Positions 8,336 through 17,272 of a stretch of 64,000 nt of DNA are shown piece after piece. The stretch lies in NCBI GenBank assembly GCA_965371445.1, contig CBDUYN010000022.1:19482-83481 (forward strand), written 5' to 3'. This stretch comes from an uncultured bacterium (lineage in GTDB: Bacteria; Acidobacteriota; Thermoanaerobaculia; Multivoradales; J023). The position numbers were made by a program, and so were the translations under genes. Each line of letters starts with the position of its first letter. Position 1 is the first letter of the stretch. Under the pieces are notes generated by a model. The model was not told where the DNA came from and ran no database searches. It saw nothing but the letters and a program-made list of their open reading frames with translations.

Positions 8336-10228
8336 ATGCCGAACACCGTCTTGCGCCTATCCCGTGGATCCGCCTTGATCGCTGGAGCCGTGCTGGCCAT
8401 GCTGCCACCAGCCCAAGCCGACGTCACCCTCGAGACCCTGGCCACCGGGCTCGACCTTCCGGTGGCGGTGACGCACGCCGGCGACGGCCGGCTCTTCATC
8501 TCCCAGCTGCGAGGACAGGTGCTCGTCCTCCAGGACGGCGAGATCCTCCCCGAGCCCTTTCTCGACGTCACCAGCCGGGTCCTCGGCACGGGGCACGGCC
8601 TGCTCAACCTCGCCTTCCATCCCAACTACGCGGAGAACGGCTTCGTCTACGCCCACCTGGGCGAGAAGGGGACCGCCGACTCGATCGTCGTGCGCTACCG
8701 CGTCTCGGCCGACGACCCCGGCCGCGTCGACCTGGAGAGCGAGGTCGTCTTGTTGCGGATCGTCAAGGAGATCCGGCGTCACTACGGAGGGCAGCTGCGC
8801 TTCGGCCCCGACGGCTACCTCTACGTCTCGACCGGCGACGGCAGCGGACGCGACCCGGACACCCGCGAGGACCTGATCGACCCCGAGTGCGCCTCCCAGG
8901 ACGTCGGCCGTCTGGAGGGCAAGCTCCTGCGCCTCGACGTCGACCGCAACGTCGACGTGGCGCCGTACTACGCCGTCCCCGACGACAACCCCTTTCGGGG
9001 CTCCGGCCTGGGCGAGGTCTGGGCGACGGGCCTGCGCAACCCCTGGCGGTTCTCGTTCGACCGCGAGACGGGCGACCTGTGGATCAGCGACGTGGGCCAG
9101 GACGACCGGGAGGAAGTCAACCTGCAACCGGCCGGCTCGCCCGGCGGCGAGAACTACGGCTGGAAGATCATGGAGGGGACCGACTGCTTCGGCGACACGA
9201 CAGGTTGCCGGGGCAGTGTCCCGGTCTGCCACGCCGCGACGATCACGCGGCCCGTCCTGGAGTACTCGTACCGCTCCGGCTGCTCGGTGACCGGGGGGTT
9301 CGTCTACCGCGGCAGCCTCGTCCCGGAGCTCTACGGCCGCTACGTCTACGGCGACTACTGCCAGGGGACGATTTGGGCAGCCGAAGAGGTCGACGGCGCC
9401 TGGCAGACCGAGGAGCTCCTCCCGCGTCTGCCCTGGGTCGTGTCCATCGACGAGGAGGCTTCCGGAGAGCTCCTGCTGAGCGACCACCTCGGGGGCGCGG
9501 TGTATCGGCTCGTCGATCCGACGCTTCCCGAAGCGGGCCTCGTCGAGCTTGAGGCGACGAGGTGGGAGGCCGTGGAAAGCGACGGCGAGGTGCTCCTCGG
9601 CGTCCGGCGGCTGGGCGAGGCAGTGGGTGAGGTGAGCGTCCAGGTTCTCCTCCGGCCCGGAACGGCCAGGGCGGGCACCGACTACATGGCTCTGCCGGCC
9701 ATCCTGAGCTGGAGCGACGGCGAAACGGGGACGAAGCCCTTTCCCGTCAAGCTGCTCGACGACACGGAGGACGAGCCCCTGGAGACAGCGACGGTGGAGC
9801 TCGTCGCGCTGCCGGGCGATGCGATCCTCGGGGCGCGTTCCCGGGCGACGCTCGCCGTCGCCGACGACGACGAGCCGACCTGCGTCGCCAACTTCCGGCA
9901 CCTTTGCCTCAACAAGGGACGCTTCCGCGTCTCCGCCAATTGGCGGACCGCGGACCGAACGGGCCTGGGCTACGCCGTGCCACAGGACGAGAACGACGGC
10001 TCCTTCTGGTTTTTCGGCTCCAAGAACCCGGAGCTCTTCGTCAAGGTTCTCGACGCCTGCTTCGACCCCTTCCGTCACTACTGGGTCTTCGCCGCCGGCT
10101 TGACCGACGTCGAAGTGAGCCTGCGGGTCGTCGACACCCGGACCGGCGCTCTGAAGACGTACGACAGCCCGCTCGGCAAGACCTTCGAGACGATCACGGA
10201 CACGCGGGCTTTTGCCACGTGTCCTTGA
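8336..10228 (+). CDS. Secreted PQQ-dependent soluble sugar (aldose/sorbosone) dehydrogenase beta-propeller, with Calx-beta-like domain and a ~110-aa C-terminal domain shared with the BNR protein at 23056-25325
   Basis: ATG at 8336 with a signal peptide (MPNTVLRLSRGSALIAGAVLAMLPPAQA). YliI/sorbosone-dehydrogenase-like propeller motifs (LDLPVAVTHAGDGRLFISQLRGQV, GGQLRFGPDGYLYVSTGDG, LRNPWRFSFD, CHAATITRPVLEY). A Calx-beta-like segment (GTDYMALPAILSWSDGETGTKPFPVKLLDDTEDEPLETATVEL). C-terminal domain C..FRV..NWR..FWFFG..NPELFVKVLDAC...FWVFAA.TDVE..LRV.DT..G..K.Y..PLG....TDT.AFATC. Confidence 0.8.
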   Translation: MPNTVLRLSRGSALIAGAVLAMLPPAQADVTLETLATGLDLPVAVTHAGDGRLFISQLRGQVLVLQDGEILPEPFLDVTSRVLGTGHGLLNLAFHPNYAENGFVYAHLGEKGTADSIVVRYRVSADDPGRVDLESEVVLLRIVKEIRRHYGGQLRFGPDGYLYVSTGDGSGRDPDTREDLIDPECASQDVGRLEGKLLRLDVDRNVDVAPYYAVPDDNPFRGSGLGEVWATGLRNPWRFSFDRETGDLWISDVGQDDREEVNLQPAGSPGGENYGWKIMEGTDCFGDTTGCRGSVPVCHAATITRPVLEYSYRSGCSVTGGFVYRGSLVPELYGRYVYGDYCQGTIWAAEEVDGAWQTEELLPRLPWVVSIDEEASGELLLSDHLGGAVYRLVDPTLPEAGLVELEATRWEAVESDGEVLLGVRRLGEAVGEVSVQVLLRPGTARAGTDYMALPAILSWSDGETGTKPFPVKLLDDTEDEPLETATVELVALPGDAILGARSRATLAVADDDEPTCVANFRHLCLNKGRFRVSANWRTADRTGLGYAVPQDENDGSFWFFGSKNPELFVKVLDACFDPFRHYWVFAAGLTDVEVSLRVVDTRTGALKTYDSPLGKTFETITDTRAFATCP

Positions 10229-10322
10229 CCTGAAAAGCGGCGCCAGGGCCTTATACTGTGGCCATGCGAATCGTCTTCCTGCCTCGAGCCGTTTCCTCGC
10301 CTCCAACGCGGAAAACCCCGGC

Positions 10323-11024
10323 ATGACGACCGGCGCGCTTTTCGGCTCCCTCTTCCTGGCCGGGCTGGCTGGCAGCCTCCACTGCGTCGGCATGTGCGGA
10401 CCGATCCTGCTCGGCTTCTCCCAGAGCCTCAAAAGCGGCAGCCGGCTCGACTTCCTCGTCTACCACGCCGGACGGTTGTGGACCTACGGCCTCCTCGGCT
10501 TCCTGGTCGGCTGGGCGGGCTGGGAGCTGCGCATCGGGACCGACGCCCTCGTCGGCCAGCGCGGCTTCGCGGTCTTCGCGAGCGTGCTGGTGATCCTCGC
10601 CGGGGTCGCGTCCTCGGGGCTGGTGCCGGGGCTGCGGCTCAAGCTCGACATGGGGGGCTGCGGCTTCCAGGCGGCCCGCGAGCGCCGCTGGCTCATGGTC
10701 CTCCTCAAGGAACCTCGGCTCGCCGCGCGGCTCCTCCTCGGTGCCGTCATGGGTTTCTTGCCCTGCGGCCTGGTCTACGCCGTCCTGGTGATGGCAGCCA
10801 CCCTGCCGACGCCGCTCCACAGCGCGCTCGCGATGCTCTGCTTCGGCCTCGGGACGCTGCCGGCGCTCTCGGCGCTCGTCCTCGGCGCGCACCTCATCCC
10901 GGCCAGGCTGCGAGCTCACAGCACGCGGCTCGTCGCGGCGCTTCTCGTCGGCACGGGTGTCTTTATGTTGGCCCGGGCACTCCTGACGATGCCGGGACAC
11001 GAGCACGGCCACATGATGCCGTAG
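10323..11024 (+). CDS. DsbD_2/TauE-like membrane protein with HCVGMCGP motif (cytochrome-oxidase/metal-maturation-associated family)
   Basis: Six hydrophobic helices. Cys motifs LHCVGMCGPIL and FLPCGLVY. His-rich C-terminus (MPGHEHGHMMP). A start at MTTGALFGSLFLAGLAG is preferred over the upstream ORF start. Confidence 0.65.
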   Translation: MTTGALFGSLFLAGLAGSLHCVGMCGPILLGFSQSLKSGSRLDFLVYHAGRLWTYGLLGFLVGWAGWELRIGTDALVGQRGFAVFASVLVILAGVASSGLVPGLRLKLDMGGCGFQAARERRWLMVLLKEPRLAARLLLGAVMGFLPCGLVYAVLVMAATLPTPLHSALAMLCFGLGTLPALSALVLGAHLIPARLRAHSTRLVAALLVGTGVFMLARALLTMPGHEHGHMMP

Positions 11025-11089
11025 GGGTCAGGTCCCGGGCAGCATACCCTGCGCTCCGTAGCGATCGAGATACGAGCCCAGACGAAGCT

Positions 11090-11406
11090 TTCGCCGCGCG
11101 CGGCATCTCCAGCAGGTGCTCTGGCAGGTGACGCTGCAGGAAACGCCGGAAGTCGACGGCGCGATGGAACGGACGCTCGGCCACCCTGAACGGCAGCAGG
11201 CCGTTCGAGTCGACCGCTTCCATACGGACGGCGACCTGCGAAGCGGCAGCCTCCATCATCCGTGGCAGGAAGAAGACAGGCGCGTCGTCGGTCACCACCA
11301 CTGCGGCACGCTTCGCGAGGGCTTTCAGCAAGCCTCGTCCGGCCCCCGGCCGAGGGCGAAATTCCACCGCGTCCGCCGGTGGGCCACCATCCAGTAGAGG
11401 ACCCAA
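11090..11406 (-). pseudogene. Remnant of a class-II CPD photolyase-like gene (internal fragment only)
   Basis: The minus-strand segment LLKALAKRAAVVVTDDAPVFFLPRMMEAAASQVAVRMEAVDSNGLLPFRVAERPFHRAVDFRRFLQRHLPEHL resembles the class-II photolyase alpha/beta domain (VTDFSPLR...VDAHNIVP... pattern). No N-terminal region and no FAD-binding domain. The frame runs into the antisense of the neighbouring gene. Confidence 0.45.
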
Positions 11407-11700
11407 TCGCCGCCGGCACGGACCGGGGCGTCGTTCCTGAGGCGGAGGCGCGACTCAGTAGCCATCGTGCCCTCGTGGTATGCGACCTCCTCGGCGTAGG
11501 ACGGCCTGAGTCAACGGGCCGAAGATCCTGTCGAGGCAGGGGAAATCCGTATCGTGGTCTTGTATCCCGCACGGCAGCTCATAGCCATCTTATCTTAGAC
11601 CAAACGGATCCTCGGTGGTGAGATTCTTCGCGCCTCGTAGTACGTCTGCCGGCGCTCGGCGTCGATGCGGAGCCGAAGCCGCCGCCGCCGATCCGGGCCT

Positions 11701-14700
11701 TCAAGGCCCGGCGCTTACGAGCTCGGCGTGGCCGATGGTCAACTCAAGCTGTCTCAGAGCCTTGGTCATCCCCTCGACTTCCCGCCGGTAGCTCTGCGCG
11801 AGCTTCAGCGGCTCCCCCGGAAGATCCGGCACGTACCGACGGATGGACGCGGCCAAGGCAGCGTCAACATCCTGCGGCTTCTGCAAGGCACGTGTTAGTT
11901 CCTGGACGTTGTTACCGATTCCGAGGGTGTCGAGAAAATGCTCTTTGACGCGCTGGTCTCGCTTGCGTTCGAGATACATTCTCGCCAACCTCTCCGCTCG
12001 CTTCGCCGGTGCCGACAAGGTGCTTACGTGCCTGGTGATCGCTCCGGCGAGATCCTCGGCGTCCCGTCGAGAAAGCGAAGAGATGTGTCGGGTCATGAGC
12101 GTGGCCAACACCTCGGCGGCATGGGGTTCGTCGCTCTGTAACGACCTGGCCAGACCCCAGACCGCCACTCCGAGATTCTTGGCCAGGTCTTTCCGAACCT
12201 TGGGAGCGAGGACGCTCTCCAGATAGACCTTAGCTGGATCACTTCCCGGCTTCGCCGTGCCTGAAAGCGCCGCGACTCGTCGGGCGATCACCTTGGCCAA
12301 AATCCTGCCCGCGCGCTTCCAGAGCTTCTTTTCCCTGAACACAGCGTCAACACTCATTGCGGCGGGAGTTTTCAACTCTTGCAACAAGGACTCCCAAATC
12401 TTTCCGTCCTCGTCGGCAAGGATCGCCTGCTCCTCAGCCGCCAAGCGGCCATTCCCGCTCGAGATGCCGGGAATCGGGTTGGCGAAGAGAACCTCGAGAA
12501 GGTCGACGCGGCGTTCCTCGTCGTAGTCGAAGGCCTCCGAATAAAGAAGGACGTTCTCGAGGTCGTCTTCGGAGAGAAGCTCGGCGAAGAGCCCTTTGAG
12601 CCGCTGCAGCGCCAGCCTCCGGCCACCGGGCTCGCCGAAGTCGAAGGGATTGTGGCCCGTCGGATTGAAAGCGTGGACCAGGATCTCGTAATCTCTGATC
12701 TCGGGAGGTTCCGGAGGTTCTTCCGTAACCGCTCCCGCCTTTTTCTTCGCTCCAGCCTCGGCCTTCTTCGCCGTGAGGAGCTCACTTCGGTGATCGACGG
12801 CTTTCTGGAAGTCGTCGCGAAACCTGCTGCAAAACTCCTTGAACGTCATCCCCTTTGGCAGAACGCCGATCCGGCTCTGGCGTGTGTAGAGCTTGAAATT
12901 GTATTTGTATTTCAGCGAATCCGCAACTCTTCCTCCCCGCGCATCGGCGGGATCAACGAGGATCTCGATCCCTGCTTCCTTGAGAGCGTGTCTCACCCTG
13001 CCCTCCTTGGCGGGGAGGCAATCGAGCAGAGTCTGGACCGGACCCGTTCCGGCTCGGACGGTGAGAACATAAGGCGTCATGGCGTGGGTTTCAAGAAAGC
13101 GTTCGATCGTCTCTAGCTCCAACCGTAGGAAGAGTTTCTTGAGGAGTGGCTTACATCCTGGTGGCCGGGGCCTGGTCACCATGGGTCCCAGGCTCGTAGT
13201 CGGGACGGTTGGCACGGCGGCCGGTTGCACTGGCGGTGGGTGCGGCCTCGCGTCCGCGCTGTCGGCAGCGTGCTCTACCGTGGACCCGAGGCCGAAAGCC
13301 TGCCACATCAAATCTTTCTTGTTGTTCAGCCAAACCCCTTTGGCAAGATGATCCTGCAAGGTATCCAACTCTTGGCCGAAGCCGCCCGGCCTCATTCCAC
13401 GCTCTTCCACCAAGTCCCGCCATTGCGGCAGGAACTCGTCGAGGCGTAGGAACTCCCAGGTGCTGGCCCAGTTGCCGCTACGAAAGTCCTGCTTGGCTTC
13501 GAGGTAAGCCCAGGCCATGAGGATGCCGATCGGCTTGTGAATCGTCCCGATCGGGTACTGGGCCTCCCTCGCCGCCAGGACCCTACAGACTCTCTTTCGG
13601 ATCGCCTGGTGTGTAAGCGTTCGAGTGAAATACAAGATGATGGAGATCAAGCTGAAGCTCATGATTTCGTCCTCGAAGAACTCCTTCGCCATGACCCCGC
13701 CGACTGCCTCCTGAACCCAGCTAGCGATCGACAGCTCACCTGCTTCGACAAGGACGTCCGTCGGCTCGTCGAGCTTGTAGAAGCCCTCCGACCCTTGTGG
13801 CAGGCTGCCTCGCCGCTGGATCACGTCGAGGATCCTGGCCGTCTTGAATCGGAAAGGCTCAGGCTTGAGGCCGTGGCTCTTGAGGAAGGAAAGGTAGGAG
13901 TCGACGAGCCGGCGAAGCTCGTTCACCTTTCTCAGCTCCACAGCGAGGTCCTCGAGCTTGAAGCCTTCCAGCGCGGCCAGTAACCGCGCGAGCTCACCGG
14001 GTTCGACGTGTTCCGTGGGTAACCGCCCGCTGCGAACCAGGACATTGGCCAGCGCGTTCAAGGTTTGTTCGTCGCCCTTTGGCCAGACGGGCTCGAAGAT
14101 CCTCCCTCCGCGCTCGTGGTAAAGCACGACGAGCACTTGACACGAAATGTCCAGCTCGACGGCCAAGGCCCGCGCACAGCACTCCACGGGGTCGGTCGGA
14201 TCCTCCTCCAAGAGGAGGTTTGTCAGGTCGATGCGCCGAGCGGCGCTCAGCGTGGCCTCGGCGTAGACCTCAACCGTGCCTGCCATTCGGTCGACCACGC
14301 CGCAGCTCGCCGCGATCCTGGCGTTGAGGGCGGCCAGGAACGCCTCGAACTGAAAGCTCTCAAGCTGCTTCAGGAGCTTCAGGAGGAGATTCACCGACGC
14401 ATCGTCGTCCGCCCTGAAGTAGTCTTGGGGAAATCTACCAGTCCCCAGAAGCAGGCCGGCCAACTTGCGAAGGACCTCTTCCTCGGTTCGCGGCCAGTGG
14501 GGTAGGGAGATCCCTCCCTTGCGCTCACGGTAGAGGACTTTGAGCACCTGATGCGAGACGTCGAGCTCGCGGGCAAGCTCCTCCGCGCAGGCTTCGGGGA
14601 GCCCCTCGGGCTTTGTCGATACGAGCTTGCGCGTCAGCTCCCTCTTCCGCGGCTCGTCGAGGCTTCCCAGGCCGTAGGTCTCGATGACGATCTGAAAACC

Positions 14701-15441
14701 GTCAACGACCTTTCGGGCCCTCTCAAGCTCATCCTCAATCTGCTCGACGAGAGTTTGGATCTTAAACATCCTGGCCGACGTCAACAGCCGCTCGACGAGC
14801 CCGATTCCCTCGATCGCAAGCTCGCCCGCGAAGTATTTCCTAAAAGACCTTCCGAGCTTGCCACTCCGGACCAAGACCTCGGCCAGAACCTTCTTCGCCT
14901 CTGGACCCTCCTTGAAAATGGACGCCCCTCCGTCCCTCTCCCGCTCCTCGTAGAGAATGGAAATCACTTTCCCGAGCCGACGAAGCCGATTTCCGTCGGC
15001 CGGACTGGAGATGATCAGACTCTCCTGTACGAGGCTCTTTGCATAAGACCTGAGGGGATCATCCTCTTGCGCCGACTCCTTGCTGAGCCTCGCTGAATAC
15101 TTGATGGGAAACTTGACACCGTAGTAATCGAGAGCGCTCTCCAACGTCTTCGCCATGTTGACGTAGAGTTTCTTGCGCTTCTGCCTTTCGAGCCAAGCGC
15201 TGCCGCCAGGTATGAAATCGATCAGTATCGGAATGAAATTCGCAAACCATTTCACATGACTCGACAGATACAGCGCCAGGATTCCTAAGACGCAGGTCAG
15301 GTAGGGCGCCAGCTCGGACTTTCCCCATTCCTTGAGGTATACCGGCCCAAGATAGAGTGCCACGAACAGCAGGAAGGCTGCCGCCACGAGGCAGGTCGAG
15401 GCCTTCAGGACACCTTGAAACTTCAGGACAGCAGTATTCAT
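11701..15441 (-). CDS. Large (1246 aa) hypothetical membrane-anchored protein with an internal ~60-aa repeat. GC (~57%) is lower than the flanks, so it is likely horizontally acquired.
   Basis: N-terminal TM helices (LVAAAFLLFVALYLGPVYL, LTCVLGILALYLSSHV). Internal duplicated motif LPEACAEELARELDVSHQVLKVLYRERKGGISLPHWP vs PVECCARALAVELDISCQVLVVLYHERGGRIFEPVWP. No recognisable catalytic motif. Terminator-like hairpin ccgggccttcaaggcccgg at the stop. Confidence 0.7.
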   Translation of the reverse strand: MNTAVLKFQGVLKASTCLVAAAFLLFVALYLGPVYLKEWGKSELAPYLTCVLGILALYLSSHVKWFANFIPILIDFIPGGSAWLERQKRKKLYVNMAKTLESALDYYGVKFPIKYSARLSKESAQEDDPLRSYAKSLVQESLIISSPADGNRLRRLGKVISILYEERERDGGASIFKEGPEAKKVLAEVLVRSGKLGRSFRKYFAGELAIEGIGLVERLLTSARMFKIQTLVEQIEDELERARKVVDGFQIVIETYGLGSLDEPRKRELTRKLVSTKPEGLPEACAEELARELDVSHQVLKVLYRERKGGISLPHWPRTEEEVLRKLAGLLLGTGRFPQDYFRADDDASVNLLLKLLKQLESFQFEAFLAALNARIAASCGVVDRMAGTVEVYAEATLSAARRIDLTNLLLEEDPTDPVECCARALAVELDISCQVLVVLYHERGGRIFEPVWPKGDEQTLNALANVLVRSGRLPTEHVEPGELARLLAALEGFKLEDLAVELRKVNELRRLVDSYLSFLKSHGLKPEPFRFKTARILDVIQRRGSLPQGSEGFYKLDEPTDVLVEAGELSIASWVQEAVGGVMAKEFFEDEIMSFSLISIILYFTRTLTHQAIRKRVCRVLAAREAQYPIGTIHKPIGILMAWAYLEAKQDFRSGNWASTWEFLRLDEFLPQWRDLVEERGMRPGGFGQELDTLQDHLAKGVWLNNKKDLMWQAFGLGSTVEHAADSADARPHPPPVQPAAVPTVPTTSLGPMVTRPRPPGCKPLLKKLFLRLELETIERFLETHAMTPYVLTVRAGTGPVQTLLDCLPAKEGRVRHALKEAGIEILVDPADARGGRVADSLKYKYNFKLYTRQSRIGVLPKGMTFKEFCSRFRDDFQKAVDHRSELLTAKKAEAGAKKKAGAVTEEPPEPPEIRDYEILVHAFNPTGHNPFDFGEPGGRRLALQRLKGLFAELLSEDDLENVLLYSEAFDYDEERRVDLLEVLFANPIPGISSGNGRLAAEEQAILADEDGKIWESLLQELKTPAAMSVDAVFREKKLWKRAGRILAKVIARRVAALSGTAKPGSDPAKVYLESVLAPKVRKDLAKNLGVAVWGLARSLQSDEPHAAEVLATLMTRHISSLSRRDAEDLAGAITRHVSTLSAPAKRAERLARMYLERKRDQRVKEHFLDTLGIGNNVQELTRALQKPQDVDAALAASIRRYVPDLPGEPLKLAQSYRREVEGMTKALRQLELTIGHAELVSAGP

Positions 15442-15600
15442 ATCGCTCCCATGGGAGTACAGGCTATACCGAGGGTGGATCCGAGCCTCCCGCTTCGTCC
15501 TAAGGAAGGACCCGATCCGTTCGTCGGTCGATACTTCATCTTCTATAGTACCGGGTACGAACCTGGTAAAGCACCACTCGAAGGGGGGGGGAGCAGCGCG

Positions 15601-15630
15601 CCGCAGGGTGGTTTCTTGCCCACCCTGCGG
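15601..15630 (-). terminator. Intrinsic-terminator-like hairpin (11-bp perfect stem CCGCAGGGTGG/CCACCCTGCGG, 8-nt loop) 26 nt downstream of the TPR gene stop; no U-tract
   Basis: Perfect inverted repeat seen directly in the sequence. Adjacent G9 homopolymer at 15583-15591. Confidence 0.45.
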
Positions 15631-15655
15631 GATAGGGCGGTCCCACCGCCTCGTG

Positions 15656-16393
15656 CTACGCGGTCGTCGGCATGGCCTTCAACATCTGCTTGGCCTGACG
15701 GAACCAGCGCCTCTTGCGCCGCTTCAGGAACTTCGGCGCGTCCTTGTACTCCTCGATCCCCAGCTCGAGCTGGGCTCGGGCGTCGGCACCTCTTCCGGAC
15801 TCGTGCAGGAAGTGGGCGTAGAAGACCCGGTGCTCGAGGCGGGGGCTCTTGACCACCAGGATTTCGAGCAGCTCGATCGCCTCGTCGCGGAGGCCCGCCG
15901 CGGCGAGAGCCTGCGCGAGGTCGGCCCAGGGCGCGTACTCCTCGAAGGCCGGATCGCGCTCGATCAGCCGGCGCAGGCTCTCGATCGCGGGCTCGGACTC
16001 GCCCACGCGCAGCTGGGTGAGAGCGAGCCCGTAGAGGGCGTCGCGCGAGTCGTCTTGGAGCCGCAGCGCCTGGCCGAAAAGCTCGGCCGCCTCGGCGTAG
16101 GCACCGTCGTCGTAGAGGGCCTGGGCGAGGGTCAGCGTGTTGGCAAAACTCCGGGTCTCGTCGTACTGGCGGCGTACCTGGTCGGTCGTGACCTTGGGGG
16201 TCACGAACCGCTTGTAGAAGTCGCGCAGGAAGTTGAATTCCGGGTCGTGGATCTTGACCACGAAGAAGTAGACCCACTCGCCGAAGGGCATCATCACGAC
16301 AGGGTACCAGTAGGTCTGGGCCCTCCGCCGGATCGCGTCGACGAGCATCCAGAGGCTGAAGATCGTGTCGAGGAAGAGGAGAATCCGTATCAT
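15656..16393 (-). CDS. TPR-repeat protein with N-terminal TM helix
   Basis: Start at MIRILLFLDTIFSLWMLV (ATG rc at 16391-16393). TPR-like helical repeats (AEAAELFGQALRLQDDSRDALYGLALTQLRVGESEPAIESLRRLIERDP...). The upstream part of the track ORF is probably spurious. Confidence 0.6.
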   Translation of the reverse strand: MIRILLFLDTIFSLWMLVDAIRRRAQTYWYPVVMMPFGEWVYFFVVKIHDPEFNFLRDFYKRFVTPKVTTDQVRRQYDETRSFANTLTLAQALYDDGAYAEAAELFGQALRLQDDSRDALYGLALTQLRVGESEPAIESLRRLIERDPAFEEYAPWADLAQALAAAGLRDEAIELLEILVVKSPRLEHRVFYAHFLHESGRGADARAQLELGIEEYKDAPKFLKRRKRRWFRQAKQMLKAMPTTA

Positions 16394-16477
16394 GGTGTTG
16401 CGCCCGCACGGCCGTTGGCCGGTCCATTGTAGACCGAACGGATCCATTCGATCTTCAGACGTTCTATCCTGGGCCGT

Positions 16478-17272
16478 ATGATCGCATGGAAAGCCCTCAA
16501 AGCGGAGCACGCTCATCGTCCCTGGCCGCTCGATGCGCGGCCCTGGGTCATGACGATGTCGTGGGCCGACCTCCTCTTCGCCCACTGGACAGTGCCCGAG
16601 GAGAAGCTTCGGGAGCGCCTACCGCCGACCCTCGAGCTCGACACCTTCGACGGCCGCGCCTACCTCGGGGTGGTGCCCTTCCGGATGGAGGCGGTGGGCC
16701 CGCGGGGGCTCGGCTGGTTGCCGTCGCGCCTGCCGTCGCCGCGCGCCTTTCCGGAGCTCAACGTGCGCACCTACGTCCGCGTCGGCGGCAAGCCAGGGGT
16801 CTTTTTCTTCAGCCTCGACGCGACCTCGCGGCTGGCGGTCTGGGGCGCCAGGACCTTTTTCCACCTGCCCTACATGAGCGCCGAGATCCGGGTAAGCCGT
16901 GATCACGGCTCCATCCGCTACGAGAGCCGCCGCCGCGATCCGCGCGGCGGCGAGGGGGACTTTCTCGGAAGCTACCGCCCGGAGGGCGGGGCCTACCTCG
17001 CGGAGCCGGGCTCCCTGGAGCACTGGCTGACCGAACGCTATTGCCTCTATGCCGTCGACGCGCGGGGACGTGTGCGGCGCGCCGAGGTCCATCACGTGCA
17101 GTGGCCCCTACACCGTGCGACCGCCGAGATCGAGGTCAACACGGTGGCCGAGGCCCAGGGCTTCAAGCTCGTGGGGCCGGCCGAGCACCTCCACTTCGTC
17201 GACCGCATCGACGTCCTCGCGTGGTGGCCCGAAGACGCAATGACCGGTCCTCCGATCCTACGGCGGCGCTGA
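16478..17272 (+). CDS. DUF2071 (YqjF-like) family protein
   Basis: Typical DUF2071 N-terminus (...PWVMTMSWADLLFAHWTVPEEKLRERLP) and a conserved RTYV..GGKPGVFFFSLDA segment. 264 aa. Confidence 0.7.
   Translation: MIAWKALKAEHAHRPWPLDARPWVMTMSWADLLFAHWTVPEEKLRERLPPTLELDTFDGRAYLGVVPFRMEAVGPRGLGWLPSRLPSPRAFPELNVRTYVRVGGKPGVFFFSLDATSRLAVWGARTFFHLPYMSAEIRVSRDHGSIRYESRRRDPRGGEGDFLGSYRPEGGAYLAEPGSLEHWLTERYCLYAVDARGRVRRAEVHHVQWPLHRATAEIEVNTVAEAQGFKLVGPAEHLHFVDRIDVLAWWPEDAMTGPPILRRR

Noticed and set aside
7609-10432. Long overlapping ORFs (7609-9552 on +, 8357-10432 on -) across the sugar dehydrogenase region
   Set aside because: Arg/Pro/Gly-rich nonsense translations overlapping a gene with clear family motifs in another frame.
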